From: an uncultured Acidimicrobiia bacterium
Lineage (GTDB): Bacteria > Actinomycetota > Acidimicrobiia > Spongiisociales > UBA5794
Reading direction: 5' to 3'
NCBI GenBank assembly: GCA_963753185.1
Contig: CAVWBO010000007.1
Location: 1,360,312-1,424,311 of the forward strand
DNA length: 64,000 nt
Shown here: piece by piece, positions 31,551-41,277 of the stretch
How positions within the stretch are numbered: the stretch's first letter is position 1
Layout of the letters: the number at the start of each line of letters is the position of its first letter
Notes under the pieces: generated by a model
The model's database searches: none
What the model was told of the DNA's origin: nothing
The model's input: only the letters and a program-made list of their open reading frames with translations
Position numbers and translations under genes: made by a program

Positions 31551-32980
31551 GACGCATCCTGCTTCTCCTGCTCGCGGGGATCCTCGGCACTGTGGGCCTC
31601 ATGGCGGTCGAGCCTCCCCAGGCGAGCGCACCGGACTTCGGCTCCGCGAACACGGATGATCCCGGCGGTGGCGCCGTCGCGTCGCCAAGTGCTTGGTATT
31701 GCCCATGGGTCGAAGCAGGCGACGTCGTCGATTCCGATGTCATCGTGGCGAGCGAGCCCACGGTCGACATCGGGCTCACGTTGCTGCATCCGATTTCGAA
31801 TGAGGTTCCGGAGTTCTTCGAGACGGAGCTCGTCGGTCCGGGCGCAATCGCCATCTCGACGGGCAGCGTGCTCAGGGTCGGAGAGTCGCCTGCGGTCGTG
31901 GAGATCTCGAATGGTCCCGCCGCTGCCGCATCGATGCAGTATGCGGACAAGTTCATCTCCGCCGACCAGTGCATCGTCTCCGTACCGAAGATCTGGTACC
32001 TCCCTGGCGGATCGACCAGGACAGGGACCATCACGCAACTCCGGCTGTTCAACCCGTTCGCCGACGACGCAGAGGTGACCATCACGGCCTACTCCGAGTT
32101 CGGTATCGACCTCGTGGCGGAACTCGACGGCTTCGACGTGGCAGGCCGATCGTGGACGACGATCGACCTCGATCCGTATCTTCCGTTCAGGGACGAACTC
32201 GCCCTCACCGTGACTGCCACGCAGGGACTCGTCATTCCCGCGCTCATCCGCTCAGACGATCGGGGGGAGGCGATGTGGCCGGGAACGGGCCCCGCCGAGA
32301 CCTGGGACTTCCCCATCGTGACTGCGGGGGGCCTGGATCCCTTCATCGCGGTGATGTCGGCTGGAGGTGACGACATCGTCGTGACCGTCGACATCATCAC
32401 TCCAGAGGGAGCCATCCGCAACGCCCGCGAGATCACCATCGAGTCCTCCGTTCCCGGCGTCATCCCCCTCTCCGACCTCGCAGCACCACCGTTCGGCGTG
32501 AGGGTGAGGGCGAGCGCGCCGATCGGGGCGTCGGTGGTCGCTGTGGCACCGACGGTCGACCCTGAGGAAGTGGGTGGCGAGGTTCCGCCTGACGAGGAAA
32601 CCACGACGACGCTCGATGGCACGACGACGTCCGTTCCCGATGGGGCCTTCGTCACAGGCCTCGCGGGGACCGTCGGCCTCGCCAGATCGGCGTCGGAGTG
32701 GTTCGTGCCACTCGACACGCTCCCCGACGCCGAGACGACGATGTGGATCCTCAACACCGGCCTGGAGCCCGTGTCGGTCGTGTACGAACCGCTCGGTGAG
32801 CTCGAGTACGTCCAGGGTGAGCCCGTCGTCGTCGCCGCCGAATCGATCCTCGGTGTCCCCGTGGAGGTCGGTATCGGATACTTCGGATACCGGGTCGTCG
32901 CCGACGGTCCCGTCACGGTCGCATGGACCATCCAGGGTCAGAGGGGTGTCGCCCTCGCGTCTGGGATCGCCGTGCAGTGA
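31547..32980 (+). CDS. exported DUF5719-like protein
   Basis: N-terminal hydrophobic segment, WYCP, WYLPGGST, LRLFNPFADDAEV. GTGA overlap with the previous gene. Confidence 0.72.
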   Translation: MRRILLLLLAGILGTVGLMAVEPPQASAPDFGSANTDDPGGGAVASPSAWYCPWVEAGDVVDSDVIVASEPTVDIGLTLLHPISNEVPEFFETELVGPGAIAISTGSVLRVGESPAVVEISNGPAAAASMQYADKFISADQCIVSVPKIWYLPGGSTRTGTITQLRLFNPFADDAEVTITAYSEFGIDLVAELDGFDVAGRSWTTIDLDPYLPFRDELALTVTATQGLVIPALIRSDDRGEAMWPGTGPAETWDFPIVTAGGLDPFIAVMSAGGDDIVVTVDIITPEGAIRNAREITIESSVPGVIPLSDLAAPPFGVRVRASAPIGASVVAVAPTVDPEEVGGEVPPDEETTTTLDGTTTSVPDGAFVTGLAGTVGLARSASEWFVPLDTLPDAETTMWILNTGLEPVSVVYEPLGELEYVQGEPVVVAAESILGVPVEVGIGYFGYRVVADGPVTVAWTIQGQRGVALASGIAVQ

Positions 32981-33372
32981 GCGACGTCGTCGTCCGGCTC
33001 GGAGTCGTTGTCGCCGTCATCGTCCTCGCCTCCGCAGTTGCATTCGTGATCGGAAGGCTCTCCCGTCCGACACATCCCGGGATTTCGGTCGGTGATCTCG
33101 GCGATCGCCCCGGCGTCATCCTCTTCACATCCACGACCTGCTCGACCTGCAAGGAGACAATCGCTCTGTACGAGAACCTGGGTGTCCCGTTCAGGGAGGT
33201 CACCAACGAACTCGAACCTCGACGATTCGACGAGTGGGGAATCGTCGCCGTCCCTGTCACCGTCGTGGTCGACGCCGAGGGCACGGCGATCAGGACATTC
33301 TCGGGCTCCCCGAGGAAGCGTCCGCTTCTCGCCGCGCTCTCCGCTGCGGGGATCGAGCGCCAGCGGCATTGA
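32977..33372 (+). CDS. membrane-anchored thioredoxin/glutaredoxin-like protein
   Basis: N-terminal TM helix, FTSTTCSTC, AVPVTVVVD (cis-Pro motif). GTGA overlap. Confidence 0.8.
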   Translation: MSDVVVRLGVVVAVIVLASAVAFVIGRLSRPTHPGISVGDLGDRPGVILFTSTTCSTCKETIALYENLGVPFREVTNELEPRRFDEWGIVAVPVTVVVDAEGTAIRTFSGSPRKRPLLAALSAAGIERQRH

Positions 33373-33435
33373 GGAGCGGCCGATCGATCCGCGATCCTTG
33401 GTTTGGCGTTCGGACTCGCCTAGCTTGGTGTGTCC

Positions 33436-33660
33436 ATGGTCGCTTCCTGCATACGGTGTTCGTCCCGCGCGTCGAGCCTTCTCACCTACGACCACCGTGG
33501 TGCAGAGGCCTACCTCGACGATGCCAAGGGCACCGAGCAGAACTACGAGGGACTCCGCCTGTGCGCTGCCCACGCCGGCCGATTCGTGCCGCCGCGAGGC
33601 TGGTCCCTGATCGACAGGCGCTCGTCGTGCGCGCTACCGGGCGTGTCGGGCGAGGGCTGA
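33436..33660 (+). CDS. DUF3499-like small Zn-binding protein
   Basis: CIRC...LLTYD...LCAAHA.RFVPPRGW. Confidence 0.8.
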   Translation: MVASCIRCSSRASSLLTYDHRGAEAYLDDAKGTEQNYEGLRLCAAHAGRFVPPRGWSLIDRRSSCALPGVSGEG

Positions 33661-33661
33661 G

Positions 33662-33952
33662 ATGTCGATCGACCGGGACGTGATCGAGGCCGTCAGGGAG
33701 ATGGATGAACCCGAGCTTCGTCGACTGTTCATGCTCACGCGGGCACGCCTCGAGCGTCGTGGTCATTCGTTCCCCGAACTCGGTCCCGATGTCAAGGTTC
33801 GCAAGCAGCTGATCAGGTGCGGGAAGGACTCGTGCACGACATGTCCACACGGGCCGTACGTGTACGCATACTGGAGTGAGGACGGCCGGCAGAGGTCGAA
33901 GTATCTCGGAAGATACGACGACCTCCCCGAGGACGACGATCAAGTCACGTAG
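33662..33952 (+). CDS. DUF6788-like small protein
   Basis: RCGKDSCTTCPHGPYVYAYWSEDGRQRSKYLG. Confidence 0.78.
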   Translation: MSIDRDVIEAVREMDEPELRRLFMLTRARLERRGHSFPELGPDVKVRKQLIRCGKDSCTTCPHGPYVYAYWSEDGRQRSKYLGRYDDLPEDDDQVT

Positions 33953-34011
33953 AGCGCGACAGTCAATACTCTAAGCGGTCGCCTGGGCGGCGCCCGCCCG
34001 AGGAGGGGACC

Positions 34012-34203
34012 ATGAGGAAGGCACCAGACGCGGGACTCACCTGTACGTCGTGTGGTCAGACGTCGGTGATCCGGATCGACATGACGCTCCCTGACGGCAC
34101 GGAGGTCTACTTCAATTCGTGTCACGTCTGTGAGGCGAAGTGGTGGGACCGTGAGGGTGAGGCGATCCCCGTCGATGCGATCATCGACATCGTCGGCGAC
34201 TAG
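34012..34203 (+). CDS. small Zn-ribbon protein (CxxC...CxxC)
   Basis: CTSC...LPDGTEVYFNSCHVCEAKWW. SD AGGAGG at 34001-34006 and -10-like TACTCT at 33967. Confidence 0.8.
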   Translation: MRKAPDAGLTCTSCGQTSVIRIDMTLPDGTEVYFNSCHVCEAKWWDREGEAIPVDAIIDIVGD

Positions 34204-34257
34204 CAGCACGACGAGGCCGACAGACGGGACAGACAGTCGGGCCTGCCAGCTGGGGGG

Positions 34258-34905
34258 TCACGGCTTCGTACCGACGACGCTCTCGAAGAGCACGGGCCCT
34301 CCCCGCCATGGTCGGAGGGTGGTGTGCGTGTCGACCGTGAAGCCTGCATCCCGCAGGTAGACGTCGAGGTCCATGACCGGCACGAAGGGCGTGATGCCCT
34401 GGATCCACGTTGTCGCATACGCGACTCCGTGATACGCGTACCAGGAGATCCGCCCGATGCGCGAGCCGCGAGGGCGACCGGTGTCAGCGACGAGCGCCGT
34501 CCCTCCCGGGCGGAGGAACTGGTGCATTCGCTCAACCACCTGCGGGCGTCGTCGCGCGTCGAAGCAGTCGAGCAGGAAGTTTGCGACGACGACGTCGTAC
34601 GGATGACGCGGCTCGAAGGTGAACAGGTCACATGCCTGGAGATCGACCGCTCGCCCCGCAGCTTCGAAGCGCCGCATTGCCACGTCGATCATCCGCGGCG
34701 AAAGGTCCACGCCGGTGACTACTGCCCCCTTCGCGGCGGCATCGAGGGCGTCGCTCCCTGGCCCGATGCCGAGGTACAGGACGCGCGCTCCGGGGTCGAT
34801 GTATGTGAGCTGTCGCCGTTTCGCTCGTGGCACGCACCCGAGTGAGTAGGCATCGGTGAGCCGCTGATAGATCGGACCCATCCGATCGTAGGTATGGACT
34901 CCCAT
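34258..34905 (-). CDS. class I SAM-dependent methyltransferase
   Basis: VLYLGIGPG, GVDLSPRM, YDVVVANFLL, LRPGG. Confidence 0.88.
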   Translation of the reverse strand: MGVHTYDRMGPIYQRLTDAYSLGCVPRAKRRQLTYIDPGARVLYLGIGPGSDALDAAAKGAVVTGVDLSPRMIDVAMRRFEAAGRAVDLQACDLFTFEPRHPYDVVVANFLLDCFDARRRPQVVERMHQFLRPGGTALVADTGRPRGSRIGRISWYAYHGVAYATTWIQGITPFVPVMDLDVYLRDAGFTVDTHTTLRPWRGGPVLFESVVGTKP

Positions 34906-35048
34906 AGGCTCCCCCTCCCACTGGCACACTAGCTCCGCACTGGCGTGCGGCCCCGGGAGACCGGCCGCACGTGGCCACACCTGGGGAGGCCGGACTCTCG
35001 CCGGAATCGAGAACCCCGATGGACGCCGCAGCGCTAGCCTCCCGGCCC

Positions 35049-37316
35049 GTGACGATCGCAGCCCCTCCCGAAGCACCGGTGCAGTCCGGTGCGACGCCGT
35101 TGCCCCAACCACCCCCTGGAGGGCGCGAACCGGTGTCGAAGTGGGTCGTCGCCGGTCTCATCGCGATTCCGACCGTCCTGATCCTCCTGACGATGTCCGG
35201 CGTGCTCGGCCCGATCCTGAGGGATGGCCAGTCCCTGTGGCGTCTGCCGTATCTCCTCATCGCCAACACGCCGACGGGTGGCGACATGGGGGCGCACGTC
35301 CTCCTCCCCAAGGTCCTCCTGGAGAACGTCCTTCCATCCGGACGGATCCTGGGGTGGAGCATGGATTGGTACGCAGGCTTCCCCGTGCTGTACTTCTACT
35401 TCCCGCTTCCTGCGCTCGTGACGGTCGGCCTCGACCTGGTCCTGCCATACGGTGTCGCCTTCAAGCTCACGACGATCGCCGGCCTCGTCGCACTGCCGAC
35501 CTGCTCGTACCTCTTCGTGCGGTTCCTTGGATTCACGAGGATCGTTTCCGTCGTCGCTGGCGTGGCGGGGTCGCTCTTCGTCTTCATGGAGAGCTACTCG
35601 ATCTTCGGTGCGAACATCAAGTCGACGCTTGCCGGCGAGTTCGCGTTCTCGTGGTCGTTCGCACTGTCGCTTGTGTACGTCGGCCTGTCCGTGCGCAACT
35701 ACCGCCGCGGCACCCGATTCGACCCGTGGGCGGCCATCGTCCTTGCCTTCACCGCCCTTGCGCACATCATCACCACGATCGTGGCGATCGTGGCGGTGCT
35801 TCCGCTCGTCCTTGCTCCGCTCGTCGCACTTGTCGGCGTGCGAGACCGTGAGCGGTTTGCGCGCTCTCGCGATGGCGCCATCGGTGTGGCGATGTCATGG
35901 GTCGTCGGCTTCGCGCTTTCCGCGTTCTGGTCACTCGCGCTCGGCGTTCGCGTGCTCGAGGGGATGACGACGGACATGGGATGGTCGCCCGTGCGCACCG
36001 TGGTCGGCAACTACCAGAATCCGGGATCGCCGATCCCAGGTGAACTCGTACCCGTGCTCGCGGTAGCCGTGGTCGGCATCGTGTGGACGCTGTTGAGGAG
36101 GGATCGGATCCTGATCGCCCTGTGGATGACGCTCTTTCCCCTGGCAGGGTATTTCCTCATCGCCCGCTTCGAGTTCACGCTCCTCTACAACGCCAGGCTG
36201 TTGCCCTACTGGTTCTTCGGCGTCCATGTCTTCGCAGGCCTGGCGATCGGCCTCGGCATGGTCGCGCTCGGAAGGCGCTTCGCCGATCGACGACGTGCAA
36301 CCCTCATCGCAACGTCGACCGCCGTCGTCCTCCTGGTCGGGACGGTTGCCGTGTCCATGCACGACCTCCCCGGATGGGTGAAGTGGAACTTCGAGGGGTA
36401 CGAGGGCAAGCAGACGTGGAGCGAGTACGAGAACCTCCTCAAGACGGTCGATGCCCTCCCGGACGGCCGGGTGATGTGGGAGGTCAACTCGGATCAGAAC
36501 GCATACGGAACGCCGATGGCGCTGATGTTGCTGCCCTTCTGGACCGATGACCACCCGTCGATGGAAGGCGTCTTCTTCGAGAGCTCACTGACGACGCCGT
36601 TCCACTTCCTCAACGCATCCGAGGTCAGCCACCGCCCATCGAACCCTGTCCGTGGACTGACATACCGGTCGATGGACTTCGCAAGGGCAGCAAAGCACCT
36701 CCCGGTGTACGACATCGAGTACTACATCTCGTTCACGCCGGAGGCTCGCGACGCCGCCACCGACTTCGGCCTCGAGGTCCTCGCCGAACCCTCGCCATGG
36801 ACGGTGTTCGCCGTGCCGGAGGCCGATCGCATCGAGGTCGCATCATACGAGCCGGTCGTGTGGGCAGGCGACGGGGACTTCGTCGACGCTGCGCTCGAGT
36901 GGTACGACGACGTCGAGAACCTGGACAAGTGGCTCGTCGAGGATGGGCCGCCCGAGTGGCGACGCGTGACGGAGGTGGGCCAACGCCTCGATGACCCTCG
37001 CCCATACTCGACGACGGGCACGGCGGTCGTGACAGGCTTCGAGGACCACTCGCTCTCGTTCACGACGGATGCCGTCGGCGTGCCGCACCTCGTCAAGGTC
37101 TCGTACTTCCCCAACTGGCAGGTAGATGGCGCAGAGGGTGTGTACCGCGTCGCTCCGTCGCTCATGCTCGTGATCCCCACCGAGTCGGACGTTTCACTTC
37201 AGTTCGGGATCACATGGGTCGAAATCGTTGGTACAGCCCTCACGGTGACGGCTGTGCTCGGATTGGTCGCGTACGCGTTCGTCCGGGTGCGGAGACGACG
37301 AAGAGCCACGGTGTGA
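35049..37316 (+). CDS. polytopic GT-C-like membrane protein (PTPS-related family), start could be 34971, 35019 or 35049
   Basis: TPTGGDMGAH, GWSMDWYAGFP..YFYFPLP, NIKSTLAGEF. Many TM helices followed by an extracytoplasmic domain (KVSYFPNW). Confidence 0.78.
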   Translation: MTIAAPPEAPVQSGATPLPQPPPGGREPVSKWVVAGLIAIPTVLILLTMSGVLGPILRDGQSLWRLPYLLIANTPTGGDMGAHVLLPKVLLENVLPSGRILGWSMDWYAGFPVLYFYFPLPALVTVGLDLVLPYGVAFKLTTIAGLVALPTCSYLFVRFLGFTRIVSVVAGVAGSLFVFMESYSIFGANIKSTLAGEFAFSWSFALSLVYVGLSVRNYRRGTRFDPWAAIVLAFTALAHIITTIVAIVAVLPLVLAPLVALVGVRDRERFARSRDGAIGVAMSWVVGFALSAFWSLALGVRVLEGMTTDMGWSPVRTVVGNYQNPGSPIPGELVPVLAVAVVGIVWTLLRRDRILIALWMTLFPLAGYFLIARFEFTLLYNARLLPYWFFGVHVFAGLAIGLGMVALGRRFADRRRATLIATSTAVVLLVGTVAVSMHDLPGWVKWNFEGYEGKQTWSEYENLLKTVDALPDGRVMWEVNSDQNAYGTPMALMLLPFWTDDHPSMEGVFFESSLTTPFHFLNASEVSHRPSNPVRGLTYRSMDFARAAKHLPVYDIEYYISFTPEARDAATDFGLEVLAEPSPWTVFAVPEADRIEVASYEPVVWAGDGDFVDAALEWYDDVENLDKWLVEDGPPEWRRVTEVGQRLDDPRPYSTTGTAVVTGFEDHSLSFTTDAVGVPHLVKVSYFPNWQVDGAEGVYRVAPSLMLVIPTESDVSLQFGITWVEIVGTALTVTAVLGLVAYAFVRVRRRRRATV

Positions 37317-37789
37317 CGCGCTACCTCCAGACCTTCGCCAATCGGGCGACAGCGGTCCAAGCGATCAAGGTCGCATTCGTGGGCGTCGTGAACACCGTGG
37401 TCTCGATCGCCCTGTTCAATGTCTTCCTCGTGTCCGGGCTGTCATGGTTCGTCTCCGTGTCGACGGCGTTCGTCCTCACGACGTTCGTGTCGTACGTCGT
37501 GAATCGCCGCTGGACCTTCGATCTCACGGACGGTCGGGTCTCGACGTCTGAGACGGCCTCGTTCTTCGCCGTGAACGGGTTCGCCTACGTCGCAACCATC
37601 GGGATCATGTGGCTTGCCGAGACGCTGTTGGGACCCCTCGACACGCTCGGATACAACGCGGCCCTCGTCGGCGCGGCAGGCCTTCTCATCCTCCCGAAGC
37701 TCGCCGGATACCGCGACGTCGTGTTCTCCCGAGCGCTCCACGAGCGAGCGACGGGATCGGTTCCTGCCCCCGCAACTGTCGACGGCTGA
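37313..37789 (+). CDS. GtrA family polyprenyl-P-sugar translocase
   Basis: FVGVVNTVV, SYVVNRRWTF, four TM segments. GTGA overlap. Confidence 0.85.
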   Translation: MTRYLQTFANRATAVQAIKVAFVGVVNTVVSIALFNVFLVSGLSWFVSVSTAFVLTTFVSYVVNRRWTFDLTDGRVSTSETASFFAVNGFAYVATIGIMWLAETLLGPLDTLGYNAALVGAAGLLILPKLAGYRDVVFSRALHERATGSVPAPATVDG

Positions 37790-37795
37790 CCCTGG

Positions 37796-38542
37796 TCAGG
37801 CCGCCCTGGATCGGCTGCGAGCCTGCGCCCGACGCCACCTGCTCACACGGTACAGGTCGCGCACCGCTGCGGCACCGGTCGATACCTTGACGGTGGACGC
37901 GAAGTCGTAGTTCAGGATCACGGGCGCCTCGACGATCGTCGCGCCGCGGTCGTTGAGCCGGCACAGCAACTCGAGGTCGAACGCGAAGCCCTCCGAGACG
38001 CACTCCCGTGCAACGTCTGCCATCCCAGTGCGGCGGAATGCCTTCAGGCCCGTCTGCGTATCGCCGAGGTCGAGGCCCACGAGGATCCTGGTGAGGAGCC
38101 GGAACGCTCGAGACAGTACTCGCCGTGACCACGGATAGTCGACGACAGATTCCGGATGGGCCTTGGAACCCACGACCACGTCTGCCACGCCCGCGTCGAT
38201 GAGGTCGAGGTATCGGGGGAGCACGGATGGGTCGAGATCGAGGTCACCATCCATGAAGACCACGAGCGGGTTGTGCGTGCGCTCCACGCCCAACGCAAGG
38301 GCGTGGCCCTTGCCGCGGTTTGGCATGTACTCGATCACGGTCACGTGGGGATCTCCGACGCCACGAGCCCTGGCCGCCGTGTCGTCTGTGCTCCCATCAG
38401 ACACCACGAGGACCTCGTATTCGCGACCCATCGCCCCGAGTCCTCGAAGCAGCCGCTCGAGGGCCTCGGCGATTCCGGAGGCCTCCTGGTACGCGGGGAT
38501 GATCACCGACACAGCGGTGAGGTCGTCGTTGGCTGGGGACAC
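37796..38542 (-). CDS. GT2 polyprenol-phosphate glycosyltransferase (DPM/DPG synthase-like)
   Basis: SVIIPAYQE, DGSTD, NRGKG, FMDGDL, DTQTGLK, FAFDLE. Confidence 0.9.
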   Translation of the reverse strand: MSPANDDLTAVSVIIPAYQEASGIAEALERLLRGLGAMGREYEVLVVSDGSTDDTAARARGVGDPHVTVIEYMPNRGKGHALALGVERTHNPLVVFMDGDLDLDPSVLPRYLDLIDAGVADVVVGSKAHPESVVDYPWSRRVLSRAFRLLTRILVGLDLGDTQTGLKAFRRTGMADVARECVSEGFAFDLELLCRLNDRGATIVEAPVILNYDFASTVKVSTGAAAVRDLYRVSRWRRAQARSRSRAA

Positions 38543-38620
38543 AGGGCGCGAGTGTAGGGATGGCGGCGGATAGGGACCGAAGGTCAGGGATCGTCCTGCC
38601 GGCGCGTAGACTCGCTCGTC

Positions 38621-39955
38621 ATGGACCTCTCCAACATCATCAAGGCATACGACGTGCGCGGAATCGTGCCAGAGGAACTCGACGAGGACATCGCGATGCG
38701 GATCGGCGCGGCTTTCGCGGAGTTCGTTGACGCCGACGAGGTGATCGTCGGCCACGACTGCCGGTTGTCATCCCCGTCGATTCGGGAAGCCCTCATCGAC
38801 GGGATCACGGGGCAGGGCGTCGACGTGCGCCTGATCGGCGAGATCCCGACGGATCTCCTCTACTACGCATCGGGCGCCCTGTCACTCCCCGGTGTCGTCA
38901 TCACGGCTTCGCACAACCCACCCCAGTACAACGGGCTGAAGTTCTGTCAGCCAGCAGCCGCGCCGATCGGCCAGGACACGGGCCTGCTCGAGATCAGGGC
39001 GATGGCCGAACGAGGAGTGGCGCCTTCGGCGATCAGGGGAACCGTTCGCACCGAGGACCTCAGACCGGGGTACGTCGACCACGTGATCTCCGTGACCGGA
39101 GCCGAGGGCATCTCGGGCAAGAGGGTCGCCGCTGACGGGGGGAACGGCATGGCAGGCGCCGTGCTTCCCCAGGTGTTCGAGAGGATCGACGCGGAGCTGA
39201 TCCCCCTGTACCTGGATCCGGACGGCACATTCCCGAATCATCCGGCCGATCCGTTGCGGCCCGAGAACCTCGTGGACCTCCTGGCCATCGTGGTCGATCG
39301 TCGCCCCGATATCGGTGTTGCCTTCGACGGGGACGCGGATCGGGCCTTCTTCGTCGACGACTTGGGCGTTGCACTTCCCGGCAGCACCACGACCGCCATC
39401 ATCGCAGACTGGTTCCTCGCGAGGCACCCGGGGAGCGCGATCGTCCACAACCTGATCTGTTCACGAGCGGTCCCCGAGACCGTCGAAGCCGCGGGTGGCA
39501 TCGCGGTGCGCACGAAGGTCGGACATTCGTACATCAAGCAGGTGATGGCCGAGACCGGTGCCATCTTCGGTGGGGAGCACTCCGGCCACTACTACTTCAG
39601 GGACAACTACCGAGCGGACAGCGGCATCATGGCGATGCTCGTCCTCCTGAGGGTCCTCACGGATGCGGGCGTCCCGCTGTCGGAGCTCCGCACCCGATAC
39701 GAGCCGTACGCGCAGTCGGGCGAGATCAACTTCACGGTACGCGACAAGGCTGCGGCGGACTCGGCGGTCGAGCGTGCGTTCGCGGACCACGGATCGGATC
39801 GCATGGACGGCCTCACTGTGGATCTCGGGGACCGGTGGTTCAATCTCCGACCCTCGAACACGGAGCCGGTCCTCCGTCTGAACGTCGAGGGACCAGACGA
39901 CGAGGCAGTCGACGAGCTCGTGGCAACGGTGTCGGCGATCGTCAGGGAGTCGTGA
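38621..39955 (+). CDS. manB: phosphomannomutase/phosphoglucomutase
   Basis: KAYDVRG, TASHNP, FDGDADR, GEHSGHYY, RPSNTEP. Confidence 0.95.
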   Translation: MDLSNIIKAYDVRGIVPEELDEDIAMRIGAAFAEFVDADEVIVGHDCRLSSPSIREALIDGITGQGVDVRLIGEIPTDLLYYASGALSLPGVVITASHNPPQYNGLKFCQPAAAPIGQDTGLLEIRAMAERGVAPSAIRGTVRTEDLRPGYVDHVISVTGAEGISGKRVAADGGNGMAGAVLPQVFERIDAELIPLYLDPDGTFPNHPADPLRPENLVDLLAIVVDRRPDIGVAFDGDADRAFFVDDLGVALPGSTTTAIIADWFLARHPGSAIVHNLICSRAVPETVEAAGGIAVRTKVGHSYIKQVMAETGAIFGGEHSGHYYFRDNYRADSGIMAMLVLLRVLTDAGVPLSELRTRYEPYAQSGEINFTVRDKAAADSAVERAFADHGSDRMDGLTVDLGDRWFNLRPSNTEPVLRLNVEGPDDEAVDELVATVSAIVRES

Positions 39956-40146
39956 TGACGGAGCAGGGAAGACTGATACCAGCCGACCTCCTGGCGATCA
40001 TGCAGTGCCCCGCCTGTGAAGGGACACTCCACGAACGCCCGGAGCCGCCTGCCCTCGTGTGCTCCGCGTGCGGTCGGGGATATCGGGTCGTCGACGGCAT
40101 TCCGATCATGCTGACCTCGGAGGCAGAACCACCGAGCCGCGGTTAG
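39955..40146 (+). CDS. Trm112 family protein
   Basis: LLAIMQCPAC...LVCSAC.R.YRVVDGIPIML. TGATG overlap with manB. Confidence 0.9.
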   Translation: MTEQGRLIPADLLAIMQCPACEGTLHERPEPPALVCSACGRGYRVVDGIPIMLTSEAEPPSRG

Positions 40147-40171
40147 GGGCGGGTCCGGTCGTCTGTGGCCA

Positions 40172-41179
40172 TCATGCGTCGAACGATGACTCGTCGAACC
40201 CGAAGCCCATGTCGAGATCCTCGATTGGGGTGACCTGTGACGCTGGCGGTGCGGTGATCGAAACCGGCTCGTTGAGGTCATGGAGGTCATATCGGATCGT
40301 CATCGAGTCGAAGGATTCGCCGGAAGGTGACTCGATCGACGTCCCGTCGAGTTCGAGCAGCAGCGCGACGAGGTGCCCCTCATCGGAGATCCAGAGATCC
40401 ATCGGTACGAGGCCGACAGCGAAGATGCCTGACTCCTCGAGCTCAGCCCGTTCCTCCGCCGAGAGTTTCCCCGCGAGCTTCTCGGTGTCGAAGGTGACCC
40501 GGTAATGGGTCGCATCGATACCGTTGACCACTTCGCGGCCGAGGTCCTCGACCGTCGCCTCTGCTCCGTCGTAGGCACCGACCACGTCCCTGGGATGCGA
40601 AGGAACGGTCTCGAACCCTGACGTGAACTCGCCGCGGTCCTCAGCGGGAGCCGAGACCCACTCGGTCGGCGCCCCGAACATGAGGTTGAAGATCGCGACC
40701 TTCATGTAGACGCGGTCGCCGACCTGGCGGAACTCCATGGGACCGATGAATGCGTCAGCGAACCCGGCGAACGAATCCTCGGGTTCCGACTCCATCGCCC
40801 CGGCCATCGACGAGAGGTCGACGACGAATGCACTGGTGCCCGCGGCGGTGTCGAACAAGGTGGAGAATGCGATCGACCCATCGATCGGTGGTGCGGCACC
40901 GGTATCGATCCCCGTGAGGCTGACCGACCCCTCGATCCGTGCCGAGCGGATCTCGGGGGCACCGTCGAGCCTGGAAAGGAGCACATCGAGGGTCGCGGCT
41001 CCCGATTGGATGGACGCCGTCGTGGTGGACGCGTCGGTGAGCGTGGTGGTCGTCTCGGTCGAAGGACCCTCGGGGATCGTCGTCCCTTCGTCGTAGCTTC
41101 CGTCATCTGCGCAGGCGGAGATGACGAGCACCAGCGCACAACAGATGAGGGACAGGGACTTGCTCACGATCACTCCCAT
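40172..41179 (-). CDS. lipoprotein, LppX/LprAFG (LolA-like) type
   Basis: Lipobox ISAC, Thr-rich linker, GREVVNGIDATHY, DLWISDEG, NEPVSITAPP. Confidence 0.75.
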   Translation of the reverse strand: MGVIVSKSLSLICCALVLVISACADDGSYDEGTTIPEGPSTETTTTLTDASTTTASIQSGAATLDVLLSRLDGAPEIRSARIEGSVSLTGIDTGAAPPIDGSIAFSTLFDTAAGTSAFVVDLSSMAGAMESEPEDSFAGFADAFIGPMEFRQVGDRVYMKVAIFNLMFGAPTEWVSAPAEDRGEFTSGFETVPSHPRDVVGAYDGAEATVEDLGREVVNGIDATHYRVTFDTEKLAGKLSAEERAELEESGIFAVGLVPMDLWISDEGHLVALLLELDGTSIESPSGESFDSMTIRYDLHDLNEPVSITAPPASQVTPIEDLDMGFGFDESSFDA

Positions 41180-41200
41180 CGATCGGGTCGACCTCACTTC

Positions 41201-41226
41201 ATCGGCAGGTTCGCCCCGTCGATTGA
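41201..41226 (-). promoter_or_regulatory. candidate sigma28/WhiG-family promoter (TCAA-N16-GCCGAT)
   Basis: Minus strand TCAA (41226-41223), 16 nt spacer, GCCGATGA. Upstream of the lipoprotein gene. Confidence 0.5.
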
Positions 41227-41277
41227 ACCGCTTCTCGACATTCGTGGGACAGGCCGGACCTCGTACCCGATGACTGG

